Assembly: GCA_965649115.1 (NCBI GenBank)
Contig: CBFGJN010000012.1
Location: forward strand, 1-38,674
Length of the DNA: 38,674 nucleotides
Direction of reading: 5' to 3'
Source: a candidate division WOR-3 bacterium
GTDB lineage: Bacteria; Hydrothermota; Hydrothermia; LBFQ01; DSFT01
The notes under the pieces are model-generated. The model did no database searches, was not told the origin of the DNA, and saw only the letters and a program-made list of their open reading frames with translations. Below, in pieces: positions 18,618 to 29,170 of this stretch. Made by a program: the position numbers and the translations under genes. The stretch's first letter is position 1; the number at the start of each line of letters is the position of its first letter.

Positions 18618-20710
18618 ATCTTGTTATTTTCTCACTTATATCCGCTGTTGTATCTTTTATTGCTGCTCTTATTTATTCATATATGGTAAGAAAAAAAGAA
18701 GCCGGAACTGATGATATGGTTTCCATTTCTTCATATATTCGTGAGGGTGCAAGAGCCTTCTTAAAAAGAGAATATAAAACTATTGCTATTCTTTCACTTA
18801 TTGTAATTTTAATAATTGCTTTTGGTTTATCATACGAAGGATTAAGCTATGTTATATACACAATTATTGCTTTTGTTTTTGGAGCATTCTTTTCACTGCT
18901 TGCTGGTTGGATAGGAATGGATACCGCTACAATATCTAATGTTAGAACAACTAACGCTGCTAAAAATAAAGGATTAATTGAAGCATTTAAAATTGCTTAT
19001 CTTGGTGGTTCAGTTATGGGTTTAAGTGTTGCAAGTTTATCAATTCTTGGAATGTCTGGACTATTTATTTTATTCTATTTAATTAGTAATGATATTCAAC
19101 TTTCTGCAAGTGTAGTTGCTGGTTTTTCAATGGGTGCTGCATTTGTAGCTCTATTTGCAAGAGTTGGTGGTGGAATATACACTAAGGCAGCTGATGTTGG
19201 AGCTGATTTAGTTGGGAAAGTTGAAGCGGGTATTCCAGAAGATGATCCAAGAAATCCAGCAGTTATAGCAGATAATGTTGGGGATAATGTAGGTGATACT
19301 GCTGGAATGGGAGCAGATTTGTACGACTCACTTGTAGCGGGAACAGTTTCTGCTATTGTAATAGCTGCTTTTGCTAAAAATGCTGATCCTATGTTAGGTA
19401 TAGGTTATGCATTAGCACTTGGTGCTATTGGAACATTAGTTTCTATATTTGGTTATTTCTTTATTGGATTTTTAAAGAATTTAAAGCCTGAAAGGATTTT
19501 GCTTTCAACTGTATTCATTGTTGGTTTATTGTTTGCCATTTTCTCTTTATTTTTAACAAAGGCTTTATTTGGTAATTTAACTCTATTTTGGCCATTAGTT
19601 TTTGGACTTGTTTCAGGGATTTTAATTGGGTACATTGCAGAATTTTTCTCAACAGGCAAAAGGATTGTTGAACTTGCAGAAGCTGCAAATTCAGGTGTTG
19701 CTGTTAATATAATTGAGGGTATTGCATTAGGTATGAGAAGTGCTGTTATTCCTGGTATTGCTGTTGCTATATCATTTGTAATTGCATTTAAAATGGGAGA
19801 GGCAAGTGGGTACGGTGGGTTTTATGGGGTCGCTATTGCTTGTATAGGTATGCTTGCTATAACTGGTATTACTGTCACTGTTGATGCATTTGGTCCTATT
19901 GCTGATAATGCCGGTGGCATTGCTGAAATGTCAGGACTTGGAAAGGAAGTTAGAAGTATAACAGACATTTTAGATGCTGCTGGGAATACTACTGCTGCTA
20001 TTGGAAAAGGTTTTGCTATTGGTTCTGCTATATTTACAGTAATGGCGGTATTTTCTGCATTTTCAGATATGATTACTCAAAGATTTGGTTTAGAATTTAA
20101 TCCTTCTTTAATGAAACCAGAAGTTGTAGCAGCAGCATTAATTGGTGCTATTATTCCATTCTTTTTCTCATCAGGTGCTATGAGAGCTGTTGGAAGAACT
20201 GCTAAAATTGTTGTTGAGGAGGTTAGAAGGCAGTGGAGGGAAATTCCAGGATTACTTGAAGGAAAAGTTGGCGTTAAGGCGGATTATGCTAAGATAGTTG
20301 ATATAACAACGGAAGGTGCTATCAAAAATATGACTGTTCCTGGAATGATTGCATTCCTTTCACCAATTATTGTAGGCATATTATTTGGTCTTGAAGCCCT
20401 TGGTGGATTTTTAGTTGGAGCAATGGTTTCAGGAATTCCTTTGGCTTTAACTATGAATAATGCTGGTGCCGCATGGGATAATGCTAAGAAATTCATTGAG
20501 CAGAGCGGTGCTTTCGGAGGTAAAGGCTCTCAGGCTCATAAAGCAAGTGTTGAAGGTGATACAGTTGGAGATCCATTTAAGGATACTGCTGGTCCCTCTT
20601 TAAATATTTTATTAAAGATGATGTCTATTGTTTCATTAGTATTCTTGCCTTTTATTTATCAATTTCATAATGTTTTAATTAATGCTTTAAAATTTATATT
20701 TGGTAGTTAA
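18614..20710 (+). CDS. hppA: Membrane-integral ion-translocating pyrophosphatase, K+-dependent type
   Basis: GGGIYTKAADVGADLVGKVE, EDDPRN, DNVGDNVGD, GNTTAAIGKG (Ala signature), GDTVGDPFKD. Confidence 0.96.
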   Translation: MNLVIFSLISAVVSFIAALIYSYMVRKKEAGTDDMVSISSYIREGARAFLKREYKTIAILSLIVILIIAFGLSYEGLSYVIYTIIAFVFGAFFSLLAGWIGMDTATISNVRTTNAAKNKGLIEAFKIAYLGGSVMGLSVASLSILGMSGLFILFYLISNDIQLSASVVAGFSMGAAFVALFARVGGGIYTKAADVGADLVGKVEAGIPEDDPRNPAVIADNVGDNVGDTAGMGADLYDSLVAGTVSAIVIAAFAKNADPMLGIGYALALGAIGTLVSIFGYFFIGFLKNLKPERILLSTVFIVGLLFAIFSLFLTKALFGNLTLFWPLVFGLVSGILIGYIAEFFSTGKRIVELAEAANSGVAVNIIEGIALGMRSAVIPGIAVAISFVIAFKMGEASGYGGFYGVAIACIGMLAITGITVTVDAFGPIADNAGGIAEMSGLGKEVRSITDILDAAGNTTAAIGKGFAIGSAIFTVMAVFSAFSDMITQRFGLEFNPSLMKPEVVAAALIGAIIPFFFSSGAMRAVGRTAKIVVEEVRRQWREIPGLLEGKVGVKADYAKIVDITTEGAIKNMTVPGMIAFLSPIIVGILFGLEALGGFLVGAMVSGIPLALTMNNAGAAWDNAKKFIEQSGAFGGKGSQAHKASVEGDTVGDPFKDTAGPSLNILLKMMSIVSLVFLPFIYQFHNVLINALKFIFGS

Positions 20711-20725
20711 AAGGAGGTTAAAATT

Positions 20726-21112
20726 ATGACAGAAGAGAAACTTTTAGACATGTGGCAAAGTATAACAGGATATGTAGAAGATTGGGAAACGAAGTTTTCA
20801 GAAATTTTAGATGAGCTTGAAAGTCTGAATATGGTCATTGAAGAAGAGGAAGAAAAATATGAAGAAGACTTTGAAGATGATGAACTTTCAGTAGAAGCAC
20901 TTATAGAGGATGTTAAAATGACAAGAGCTAATTTAAGAGAGGTCATAAAGCAAGCTATAAATGGGGAAATAAGCTCAATTGATGTTGAAGAAACGTTTAG
21001 GAGTGTTGGTGAATTTTTAAGAAATGTGGAAGAGAAGATTGTTAAACTAAGAGAGATGGAGGACTATCAAGACTTTGACGAAGAAGATTATTACGATGAA
21101 GAGGATACCTGA
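20726..21112 (+). CDS. Hypothetical, highly acidic protein
   Basis: AAGGAGGT Shine-Dalgarno; 45 of 128 residues are D/E; overlaps dnaG start. Confidence 0.8.
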   Translation: MTEEKLLDMWQSITGYVEDWETKFSEILDELESLNMVIEEEEEKYEEDFEDDELSVEALIEDVKMTRANLREVIKQAINGEISSIDVEETFRSVGEFLRNVEEKIVKLREMEDYQDFDEEDYYDEEDT

Positions 21113-22652
21113 GGATTTCTTTGAAAAGATAGATATTATTGAAATTGTTTCTGAAAAGGTTCAACTTAAAAAGGTAGGTAATCAATACAGGGGGCTTTGC
21201 CCCTTCCATAATGAAAAAAATCCTTCATTTTACGTTAGTCCTATTGGTGTTTATCATTGTTTTGGATGCGGAGAAAGTGGTAATGCAATTAAATTTGTTA
21301 TGAAAATATATGGTTATGATTATGAAGAGGCAATTGATTATATTGCAAAAAAATTTAATATCCCATTAGAAGAAGTTGAAGATGCTAATTATGAATTTTA
21401 TAAAATTCTGGACTATGCTTGTGATTATTACTTTGAAAATTTAAGAAAAAATAATGATGTTTTAAATTATCTTTATTCAAGAGGTGTTGATGATAAACAA
21501 ATTTTAAAATTTAGAATTGGATTTGCTGATGATAAAAATGAAATTTTAAAAGAACTTATAGATAAAGGTTTTGGAGTTGATAAATTATTTAAAATTGGAG
21601 TTGCTTATAGGGACTATAATGGCAATATAAAACCGTTCTTTACAAATAGAATTATGTTTCCTATTTTTACAACGAATGGTAAGAATATTGTTGGTTTTTC
21701 TGGAAGAAGCATTGATGGAAGTGAGCCAAAATATAAAAATTCAATAGATAGTCCCGTTTTTAAAAAAAGTCAAGTAATATATGGCTTTAATTTTGCTAAA
21801 AATTCAATTGTAAAAAATAAGTTTGTCATTATCGTTGAAGGTTTTTTTGATGTAATTATTTTAAATCAATTTGGTTATGAAAATACAATCTCTCTTATGG
21901 GTACAAATATAAGTGATTATCAAGCAAAACTCATAAAGAAATACACTGATAGAGTATATTTGTTTTTTGATAAGGATAAATCAGGACAGAAAGCAATTAT
22001 TAGAAATTTACCTGTTCTTTTAAATAATGGTTTAATTCCTTATATTTTATATCCTGATGAAGATAAGGATCCTGATGAAATTGCCCTTATGGGGGGTCTT
22101 GACAAAATCATAGAAAATCCCTATAATATAAGTGATTACTTTAAGATGATATATGAAAAGTCCCAAAGTATAGAGGATAAAATGGAAATCATAAAGGAAT
22201 TTAGAAATCATTTAATTAATGTTAATTTTGAAAGTATGGGATATATTTTTCTTGAAGAATTAAAACCTGTTCTTGATGAATTGGAGAAGAAAATAAAATT
22301 AAAATTCTATTTAAAAGACATTAGCAATATCCATTTCAATGATGAGGTTTATGCTATTTGGAATGTTTATAAGGATGAGAATTTAAGAAAAATTTTATTT
22401 GAAATTGACGAAGATGTTATTTATAGCCAAAAGGCAAAGGAATTATTTAGAGCAATTAGAGATAATAAATTGAACGATGAAAATTATTTACAATTAATTT
22501 CAAAAATTGAGTTTCAAAATAAAGAGCTTTCTTATGAAACAATAAATAAATTTATAAATAAATGGAAGGAAAGGATGATGATTAAAAATTTAAAGAATAA
22601 TAAAAGCCTAAAAGAGCTTGAAAATATAATAAAGATAAAAAGGAGGTTATAA
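21096..22652 (+). CDS. dnaG: DNA primase
   Basis: CHC2 Zn finger [48 protein letters not shown]; start placed at ATG 21096. Confidence 0.96.
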   Translation: MKRIPEDFFEKIDIIEIVSEKVQLKKVGNQYRGLCPFHNEKNPSFYVSPIGVYHCFGCGESGNAIKFVMKIYGYDYEEAIDYIAKKFNIPLEEVEDANYEFYKILDYACDYYFENLRKNNDVLNYLYSRGVDDKQILKFRIGFADDKNEILKELIDKGFGVDKLFKIGVAYRDYNGNIKPFFTNRIMFPIFTTNGKNIVGFSGRSIDGSEPKYKNSIDSPVFKKSQVIYGFNFAKNSIVKNKFVIIVEGFFDVIILNQFGYENTISLMGTNISDYQAKLIKKYTDRVYLFFDKDKSGQKAIIRNLPVLLNNGLIPYILYPDEDKDPDEIALMGGLDKIIENPYNISDYFKMIYEKSQSIEDKMEIIKEFRNHLINVNFESMGYIFLEELKPVLDELEKKIKLKFYLKDISNIHFNDEVYAIWNVYKDENLRKILFEIDEDVIYSQKAKELFRAIRDNKLNDENYLQLISKIEFQNKELSYETINKFINKWKERMMIKNLKNNKSLKELENIIKIKRRL

Positions 22653-22654
22653 AC

Positions 22655-24280
22655 ATGCCAAGACAGAAAGGACTTGTTAAAAACAGGATACAAAGACTAA
22701 ATAAACTAATATCAAGACTTATAAAGGAAGCAAAAGAAAGTGGTAATAAAGTTAGATATGAGGAACTTATAAAGAAAATTCCACCTGAATACGGAGAAGG
22801 AACAGAAGCATTTGATGTTATAATTACAGCTTTGCTTGATAATGGAATTGAAATTGAATATCATGATAGAAAAACACTATCTGAAATTTATGAATTTGAA
22901 GATGATGAAGAATCAAAAATTGGTGATGACCCTGCTAAAATTTATCTTAAACAAATAGCAAATTTGGGGCTTTTAACAAAAGAACAGGAAGTCCAATATG
23001 CAAAAGAAATTGACGATGCAAGAAATGGTATTACAAAATTACTATTTTCAACGAAGTACGGAATAAAGAAATTTTTAAAGTGGATTGAACAAATTGAATA
23101 TGGAGTTTTGCCTCTTGAAGAAATTGTTAGTGTAGATCCAAATTATTGGACAAGCAAAAAGAAAAATAGAGAAGAAAAAGAAAGAATTAAAAGTGCATTT
23201 GATAAAATAAGACAACTTTATGAGAAAAAGAAATTTTCAGAAATTACAGAAATTATATTAGAACTAAAACCCAATTTCAGAAAAGTTATGGAAGTTGTTG
23301 AGAAGATGAAAGAGATTTTTAGAAAATTTGAAGAAATCTATTTAAGAAAAAAGGATATTGAAATTGCTGTAAGCGAATTAGAAAATAGTTCATTATTAAG
23401 TGAAGATGAATCTGAGGATATAGGGTCATTAAAAGAAGAATTAAAAAAGCTTGAAAAGGAGGTTAAAAATTATGAAAATTATTTTGGTTATTCTTATGAA
23501 GAGATGAAGAAATTAATTGAAGAAATTAATAAATTATTTAGTCAATATGAAGAAGCAAAAAGTAAGATGGTAAAAGGTAATTTGAGACTTGTAATTGGAG
23601 TTGCTAAAAAGTTTTTAAATAGGGGACTTGAATTTATGGATTTGGTCCAAGAAGGAAATGCGGGATTAATGAAAGCGGTTGAAAAATTTGATTATAGAAA
23701 AGGATACAAATTCTCTACTTATGCTACTTGGTGGATAAAGCAGTCTATAATGAGAGCAATAGCAGACCATGCAAGAACTATAAGAATACCAATTCATATG
23801 ATAGAAACAATTATGAGAATTACAAAAGCTAATAGAATTTTAACACAAGAATTTGGTAGAGAACCAACTTATGAAGAAATTTCGGAGTACCTAAACATGC
23901 CTATTGAAAAAGTTAGACAAGCTATTGAAGCCGCAAAAGAGCCTATAAGCATGGATAAACCTATTGGCAAAGATGAAGATGCATATATTGGAGATTTTAT
24001 TGCTGATAACATCTATGGAACACCTTTTGAAGATGCTAAAAGAACACTTATGAGGGAAAAAATAATGGAAGTTTTAGAAACCTTAACTTCAAGAGAAAGA
24101 AAAATTTTAATTATGAGATATGGTTTAGATGGTAGGCCTCCGAGATCACTTGATGATGTTGCTATGGAACTTGGTATTTCAAGAGAAAGGGTTAGACAGA
24201 TTGAAGCGAGAGCTATGGCTAAGATAAAGAATAATGAACTTAGAAGACAAAAACTCATTCAGCTAATAAATCCAGAATGA
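22655..24280 (+). CDS. rpoD: Primary RNA polymerase sigma factor
   Basis: Region 1.2 [48 protein letters not shown]; follows dnaG. Confidence 0.96.
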   Translation: MPRQKGLVKNRIQRLNKLISRLIKEAKESGNKVRYEELIKKIPPEYGEGTEAFDVIITALLDNGIEIEYHDRKTLSEIYEFEDDEESKIGDDPAKIYLKQIANLGLLTKEQEVQYAKEIDDARNGITKLLFSTKYGIKKFLKWIEQIEYGVLPLEEIVSVDPNYWTSKKKNREEKERIKSAFDKIRQLYEKKKFSEITEIILELKPNFRKVMEVVEKMKEIFRKFEEIYLRKKDIEIAVSELENSSLLSEDESEDIGSLKEELKKLEKEVKNYENYFGYSYEEMKKLIEEINKLFSQYEEAKSKMVKGNLRLVIGVAKKFLNRGLEFMDLVQEGNAGLMKAVEKFDYRKGYKFSTYATWWIKQSIMRAIADHARTIRIPIHMIETIMRITKANRILTQEFGREPTYEEISEYLNMPIEKVRQAIEAAKEPISMDKPIGKDEDAYIGDFIADNIYGTPFEDAKRTLMREKIMEVLETLTSRERKILIMRYGLDGRPPRSLDDVAMELGISRERVRQIEARAMAKIKNNELRRQKLIQLINPE

Positions 24281-24651
24281 TAATTAGGATTTTTGGAATT
24301 ATTGGATTAATAGTAAGTTCATATTTGATTTATGCCTATGATTTTTCAAAAAATATCGTTTGTGTTGGTAGTGGATGTGAAATTGTAGCAAATAGTTCAT
24401 ATTCAAAATTTTTAAATATATCTTTACCTTATTGGGGATTTTTATTTTATTTAAGTGTTATCGTTTTATCATTTATAAAGAAATTAGAAAATTTCTTATT
24501 ATTTATTTTAATTGTAGGAGCAATTTTTTCAATTTACCTAACAATTGTTGAATTATTCATCATAAAAGCAGTTTGTATTTGGTGTTTAATATCTGCTTTT
24601 TGTTCTTGGATAATGTCTATAAGTGCTGTTTTAGGTAATGTTAAAAAATGA
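24277..24651 (+). CDS. Vitamin K epoxide reductase (VKOR) family disulfide-forming membrane protein
   Basis: CVGSGC..V.NSSYS loop cysteines and AVCIWC redox motif, 4 TM. Confidence 0.9.
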   Translation: MIIRIFGIIGLIVSSYLIYAYDFSKNIVCVGSGCEIVANSSYSKFLNISLPYWGFLFYLSVIVLSFIKKLENFLLFILIVGAIFSIYLTIVELFIIKAVCIWCLISAFCSWIMSISAVLGNVKK

Positions 24652-25273
24652 TGAAATTCTTGTAATTGGTAAAATAGGACCAAAAGTTTCAGTTGCACTT
24701 TCAAAGAATAATGGTAAAATTAAGTTCTTAGGTTCTCAAAGTTTATTAACATTATCTGTTTATAGAGTAAATTTTTACTTTAATGATACAAATGACCTTG
24801 TGAAAATTAAGGAAAGTAAATTTCTATATTCATTTTATCCTCTTGTAAAAAACTATCAAAAATATAAAGCTGTTTCAAATGTTTTTAGAATAATAAATGA
24901 AATTTTTCCAAGTTTCTTTGAAAGTGAGAAAATTTACGAAATTACATTAAATTACCTTAAAGCACTTTTAGAGGAGAATGAAGATATTGAAAAATTATAT
25001 GCTTTTTGGATTTATAACATCCTTTGGATATTAGATGAAATTAACCATATTTTGTTCTGTAAAAGCTGTGGTAGTAATTTGATAAAAACATATAAAATTG
25101 GTGAAGGGAGTTTTTGTTTATCTTGTAGAAGAAAAGGGGATTTTGAGTTTGAAACATTTGAGTTGGAATTAATAGAAAATATGTTTAAACTTAATTTTGA
25201 AAATATAAAAAAAATAGATTTTGATGTAAAAAAATTTATAACAATTTTTGAAGATGTTATTTTTGGAATTTGA
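24638..25273 (+). CDS. recO: Divergent DNA repair protein RecO
   Basis: N-terminal LSKNNGKI OB-fold-like part, helical middle, CKSCG...CLSC zinc site. Confidence 0.6.
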   Translation: MLKNDEILVIGKIGPKVSVALSKNNGKIKFLGSQSLLTLSVYRVNFYFNDTNDLVKIKESKFLYSFYPLVKNYQKYKAVSNVFRIINEIFPSFFESEKIYEITLNYLKALLEENEDIEKLYAFWIYNILWILDEINHILFCKSCGSNLIKTYKIGEGSFCLSCRRKGDFEFETFELELIENMFKLNFENIKKIDFDVKKFITIFEDVIFGI

Positions 25274-25308
25274 AGATAATTTCTTAACAAATCAAATGCT
25301 TTAAGCTT

Positions 25309-25314
25309 TATAAT
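25309..25314 (+). promoter_or_regulatory. -10 box 7 nt upstream of ATG 25322
   Basis: gctt TATAAT tttcatt ATG. Confidence 0.65.
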
Positions 25315-25321
25315 TTTCATT

Positions 25322-26443
25322 ATGACAGAAAAAACTTTATATTATATAAAGCCATTTACTGATGAGCCAATAAGATTCATAGGAAGCGAAGGAGAACCTC
25401 TATTTGATTTTAAACCCGAAGATATAGGACTTAGTGAAGAGGATTTAAAAACAATATATTACTATATGAAACTAACAAGAGCTTTTGATAGAAAAGGTAT
25501 GTTCTTAACTCGTTCAGGAAAGGCTTTATTTTATGTAGAAGTTGCTGGTCAAGAAGCAGCAACAGTTGCAAGTGGTTATGCCATTCCAGAAAATGATTGG
25601 ATATTTCCTGCACATAGAGAGCATGGTGTTTTGATAGTAAGAGGTTATCCTCTTGTTGAATTATTTGCTCAAATAATGGGTAGAATGGAAGTTAATAAAG
25701 CAAGACAAATGCCTGTTCACTGGGGTATGAGAAAACTAAGAATTTTAACAATTTCAAGCCCTGTTGGAAATCAATTACCACAGGCGGTAGGTATTGGTAT
25801 GGCTATAAACTACTTAAAGAAAGATGAAGCTATAATTGCTTATGTTGGTGATGGTGGTTCTTCAACTGGTGATTTTCATACCGCTTTAACATTTGCAAGT
25901 GTCTTTAAAACTCCAACAATAATTTTTGTTCAGAATAATCAATGGGCTATATCTGTTCCTACTAAAAGACAATATGGTTCAAAAAATATAGCAATTAAGG
26001 CAGTAGCTTATGGAATAGATGGTTATTATATTGATGGTAATGATTTTCTTGCTGTTTATGCTACCACAAAATTAGCATTTGAAAAAGCTCATAATAAGGA
26101 ACCTGTTTTAATTGAAGCATTGACTTATAGATATGGCTCTCATTCAACAGCTGACCAAGCGGATAGATATAGAGATATTAAAGAACTTGAATATTGGCAA
26201 AAAACTTGGGATCCTATTAAAAGGGCAAGATTATATTTACAAAGAATAGGAATATGGAATGAGGATTGGGAAAAGGAGTTAGATGAACAAATTGAAAATG
26301 AATTAAATAAAGCCATTGATGAAGCTGAAAAGAGACCAGAGCCAGGACCTGAGACAACATTTGAAGATGTTTATGCACAAATGCCTTGGCATATAAAGGA
26401 AGAAATGGAAGAACTTTTAAAAGAACTAAATGAGGGTGCGTAG
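25322..26443 (+). CDS. pdhA: 2-oxoacid (pyruvate/branched-chain) dehydrogenase E1 alpha subunit
   Basis: GQEA, RQMPVHW, TPP motif GDGGSSTGDF...NNQWAIS, TYRYGSHSTAD; substrate specificity uncertain. Confidence 0.85.
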   Translation: MTEKTLYYIKPFTDEPIRFIGSEGEPLFDFKPEDIGLSEEDLKTIYYYMKLTRAFDRKGMFLTRSGKALFYVEVAGQEAATVASGYAIPENDWIFPAHREHGVLIVRGYPLVELFAQIMGRMEVNKARQMPVHWGMRKLRILTISSPVGNQLPQAVGIGMAINYLKKDEAIIAYVGDGGSSTGDFHTALTFASVFKTPTIIFVQNNQWAISVPTKRQYGSKNIAIKAVAYGIDGYYIDGNDFLAVYATTKLAFEKAHNKEPVLIEALTYRYGSHSTADQADRYRDIKELEYWQKTWDPIKRARLYLQRIGIWNEDWEKELDEQIENELNKAIDEAEKRPEPGPETTFEDVYAQMPWHIKEEMEELLKELNEGA

Positions 26444-26507
26444 CTCAGTTGGTTAGAGCGCCATCCTCACACGATGGAGGTCCCCCGTTCAAATCGGGGC
26501 GCACCCA
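26434..26507 (+). tRNA. tRNA-Val (anticodon CAC), CCA not encoded
   Basis: Acceptor GGGTGCG/CGCACCC+A, D arm TAGCTCAGTTGGTTAGAGC, anticodon arm CCATC-ctCACac-GATGG, T arm CCCCG-TTCAAAT-CGGGG. Confidence 0.97.
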
Positions 26508-26509
26508 TT

Positions 26510-27421
26510 ATGATTGATTCAGAAAGTGCCTATGAAAGAATAAGGAACTACATAAGAAAAACTCCTGTTATTAAATATAAAGATCACTATTTTAAGCTTG
26601 AAAATTTACAAAAATCGGGTTCTTTTAAGCCTCGTGGAGCATACAATAAAATTTTGAAAAATTTAAATAAAATAAATGGCGTTGTTTGTGCTTCAAGTGG
26701 AAATCATGCCCAGGCAGTTGCTAAGGTTTGCTCGGATTTGGGAATAAAGAATGTAAAAATTATAATTCCTAAAAAAACTCCTCAAATAAAAGTCAATAAA
26801 ATAAGAAATTATGGTTACGAGCCAGTTTTCTATGGAAGTCATTTAAATGAAAGTTTAAGTTATGCAAAGGAAATATCTGAAAAAGAAAATTTATTATTTG
26901 TTCATCCTTATGATGATATAGATATTATTGAAGGTCAAAGTACAATTGGAATAGAAATTGAAAATTATAATTTTGATTATTTATTTATTCCTGTTGGTGG
27001 AGGAGGATTAGCTAGTGGTATTTCACTTTATATTAAAAAAAACAAACCAAATGTGAAAATTTATGGAGTTGTTTCAAGGAATGCTCCGAGCTTTTATTAT
27101 TCATTCAAAGAAAATAGAATTTTGGAAATTGAACCAAAAGAAACAATTGCAGATGGTATAAAATTGAAATATCCAAGCAATTTAACATTTAAAATTCTAA
27201 AAGAACTTCTTGAAGATGTTATAATGGTAGAAGAAGAAGAAATTAAATATGCTATTAAATGGGCATATTATAATTTAGGTTTAATTCTTGAAGGAGCAGG
27301 TGCTATTTGTTTATCAATTTTAATTTTTAATAAATTGAAAATTCAAGGAAGTGCTATGTTTATTTTGAGCGGTTCAAATATAGACGAATCTGTTTTAGAT
27401 GATATTATTAAGGATTATTGA
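26510..27421 (+). CDS. PLP-dependent threonine/serine dehydratase (catalytic domain only)
   Basis: KLENLQKSGSFKPRGA, SSGNHAQ, HPYD, PVGGGGL, SGSNI; track start 26474 lies inside the tRNA so ATG 26510 is preferred. Confidence 0.9.
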   Translation: MIDSESAYERIRNYIRKTPVIKYKDHYFKLENLQKSGSFKPRGAYNKILKNLNKINGVVCASSGNHAQAVAKVCSDLGIKNVKIIIPKKTPQIKVNKIRNYGYEPVFYGSHLNESLSYAKEISEKENLLFVHPYDDIDIIEGQSTIGIEIENYNFDYLFIPVGGGGLASGISLYIKKNKPNVKIYGVVSRNAPSFYYSFKENRILEIEPKETIADGIKLKYPSNLTFKILKELLEDVIMVEEEEIKYAIKWAYYNLGLILEGAGAICLSILIFNKLKIQGSAMFILSGSNIDESVLDDIIKDY

Positions 27422-27430
27422 TAAAAAGTA

Positions 27431-28900
27431 TTATTTTACAATAATTTTAACTTTATCCTTTCCTATCTGAACAATATAAACACCAGGATTAATTTTTATT
27501 CTGCCTTCTTTTATATTAACTTCCTTAACTTTATAACCTGATATGGAAAAGATTTTTAAATTTAGCTCGTTTTCTGACTTAACTGCTATAAATCCTTTTG
27601 AACCATAAATAATATAATTACAACTTTTATATTCATTATCACTAATAGGAACTACTGAGCAAGAAGTGGTTTGAGAGATCGAAAAATTATATGGTGTTAA
27701 AGTTAGGTTATTAATACCAGTATAATCTGATAATGATATTGAAGGGGACCAGTTTGAAAGTGCAAAATCATTTACATTGACAGAAAATGAAGTCATACAA
27801 TCAGTTGAATCAAGAATAACAATAAAACCATTATGGTTATCAACTGATGTTCCCAAATAACCCGAAACTAAAATTTTGCCAGGTTTTATTGGAATTATAC
27901 CTTTTGCTTGATTATGAGCCTGATTAGCAGGAGCTCCCGGCCATCTTCTTGCCCAAATAATAGAGCCATCATTTTTATTTATTTTAGCAGCAATAGGATA
28001 ATCAGTAGAACCTATTTTTGTAACACCACTAACTAAATAGTTCCCATCTAAATCCAAAGTTATATTATAAAATCTAAAACCACTATTAGCAGTATATCGT
28101 TTTGAATAAATTACACTACCAGAAGGGCTTATTTTTGATAAGTAAGCACCTCCATCTGGCTCATAAAAACCTATTAAGACATAATTACCATCACCATCTT
28201 TTATAAGATTATAAGCTCTATAGTTGTTTGATATACCTTTAATAAGTGTTGTAGTTGAACCATCAAGACTTATTGTATAAATTACAGGTTGCCAATTTAC
28301 ACACCACCATCCAATACCCATTACTACATAACCATTAGCTTCTGGAATAATTGTATAGTTATCATTCCAATAGCATCCAAATGATGTTTGTTTAGCCCAT
28401 ATGACATTTCCATTTAGGTCAGTTTTTATTATAGCTCCTTCTGAATTAGCGTCATAACCTTGTACAGCAAGAACCAAATTATTTCCATCATAGACAATGC
28501 TATTTACTATTCCTTTACTTGAAAGATACTTAGCCCATACGAAATTCTGGGTTTTTAAGTTAAATAAACCAAAGAATGAGCAACTTTGATTTTTTCCACA
28601 TCCTCCGTGTCCTCCACCTACTGCTATTAAGGTATCATTAATTTTAGCAAGTGTTGAAACATCAAGGTTTAGATTATTGGGATTTGATGTCCAAGCCTTG
28701 TACCATTCAACAGTTATTCCTGTCTTAACTTTAATACCCATAAGCATAATTCTTAATCTGTTATTATAGTGTAAAGAGCCAAGAATATATGTGCTATCGT
28801 TCATTTTTAGAATTGGTGTTTTGTGGCATGTCAAACAGCCAGTAGAACTATATTGAAACCAAATGATTTTATTTATTTGTGATATTATAAGAAAAATCAT
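27431..28900 (-). CDS. Hypothetical secreted beta-propeller-like protein with T9SS type A-like C-terminal domain
   Basis: Repeated 'IKTDLNGNVIWAK' / 'KISPSGSVIYSK' / 'KINKNDGSIIWAR' blades; C-term IFSISG..PGVYIVQI..KIIVK; AAGGAGGT SD. Confidence 0.7.
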   Translation of the reverse strand: MIFLIISQINKIIWFQYSSTGCLTCHKTPILKMNDSTYILGSLHYNNRLRIMLMGIKVKTGITVEWYKAWTSNPNNLNLDVSTLAKINDTLIAVGGGHGGCGKNQSCSFFGLFNLKTQNFVWAKYLSSKGIVNSIVYDGNNLVLAVQGYDANSEGAIIKTDLNGNVIWAKQTSFGCYWNDNYTIIPEANGYVVMGIGWWCVNWQPVIYTISLDGSTTTLIKGISNNYRAYNLIKDGDGNYVLIGFYEPDGGAYLSKISPSGSVIYSKRYTANSGFRFYNITLDLDGNYLVSGVTKIGSTDYPIAAKINKNDGSIIWARRWPGAPANQAHNQAKGIIPIKPGKILVSGYLGTSVDNHNGFIVILDSTDCMTSFSVNVNDFALSNWSPSISLSDYTGINNLTLTPYNFSISQTTSCSVVPISDNEYKSCNYIIYGSKGFIAVKSENELNLKIFSISGYKVKEVNIKEGRIKINPGVYIVQIGKDKVKIIVK

Positions 28901-28906
28901 ATTTTT

Positions 28907-29170
28907 TTACCTCCTTCTTATATCAAAACTTGGACAATAATTGTTTAATATACTTTCAATCTCTTCATAATGAACTGGACCCTTCCTTTTAGCAAGAACA
29001 TCAATAATCATTACAAATTTAGAAGAACCTATATATGCAAAGTCATCAACATTTGTCTTTTGAATAATATCTCTTATGATTTGCCTTGCAGTTTCTGATT
29101 CAATAGCGCAGTTTAGCTCAACATCATATATTCCAAATTCTAAAATTTTTGTTATTAAGAACCACATCAT
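28907..29170 (-). CDS. Hypothetical protein (87 aa)
   Basis: ORF packed between two co-oriented genes, 4-nt overlap upstream, GGGGG SD-like site; two Cys. Confidence 0.7.
   Translation of the reverse strand: MMWFLITKILEFGIYDVELNCAIESETARQIIRDIIQKTNVDDFAYIGSSKFVMIIDVLAKRKGPVHYEEIESILNNYCPSFDIRRR

Noticed and set aside
26474..26509. N-terminal extension MEVPRSNRGAPI of the dehydratase
   Set aside because: Lies entirely within the tRNA-Val gene; ATG 26510 gives a normal N-terminus
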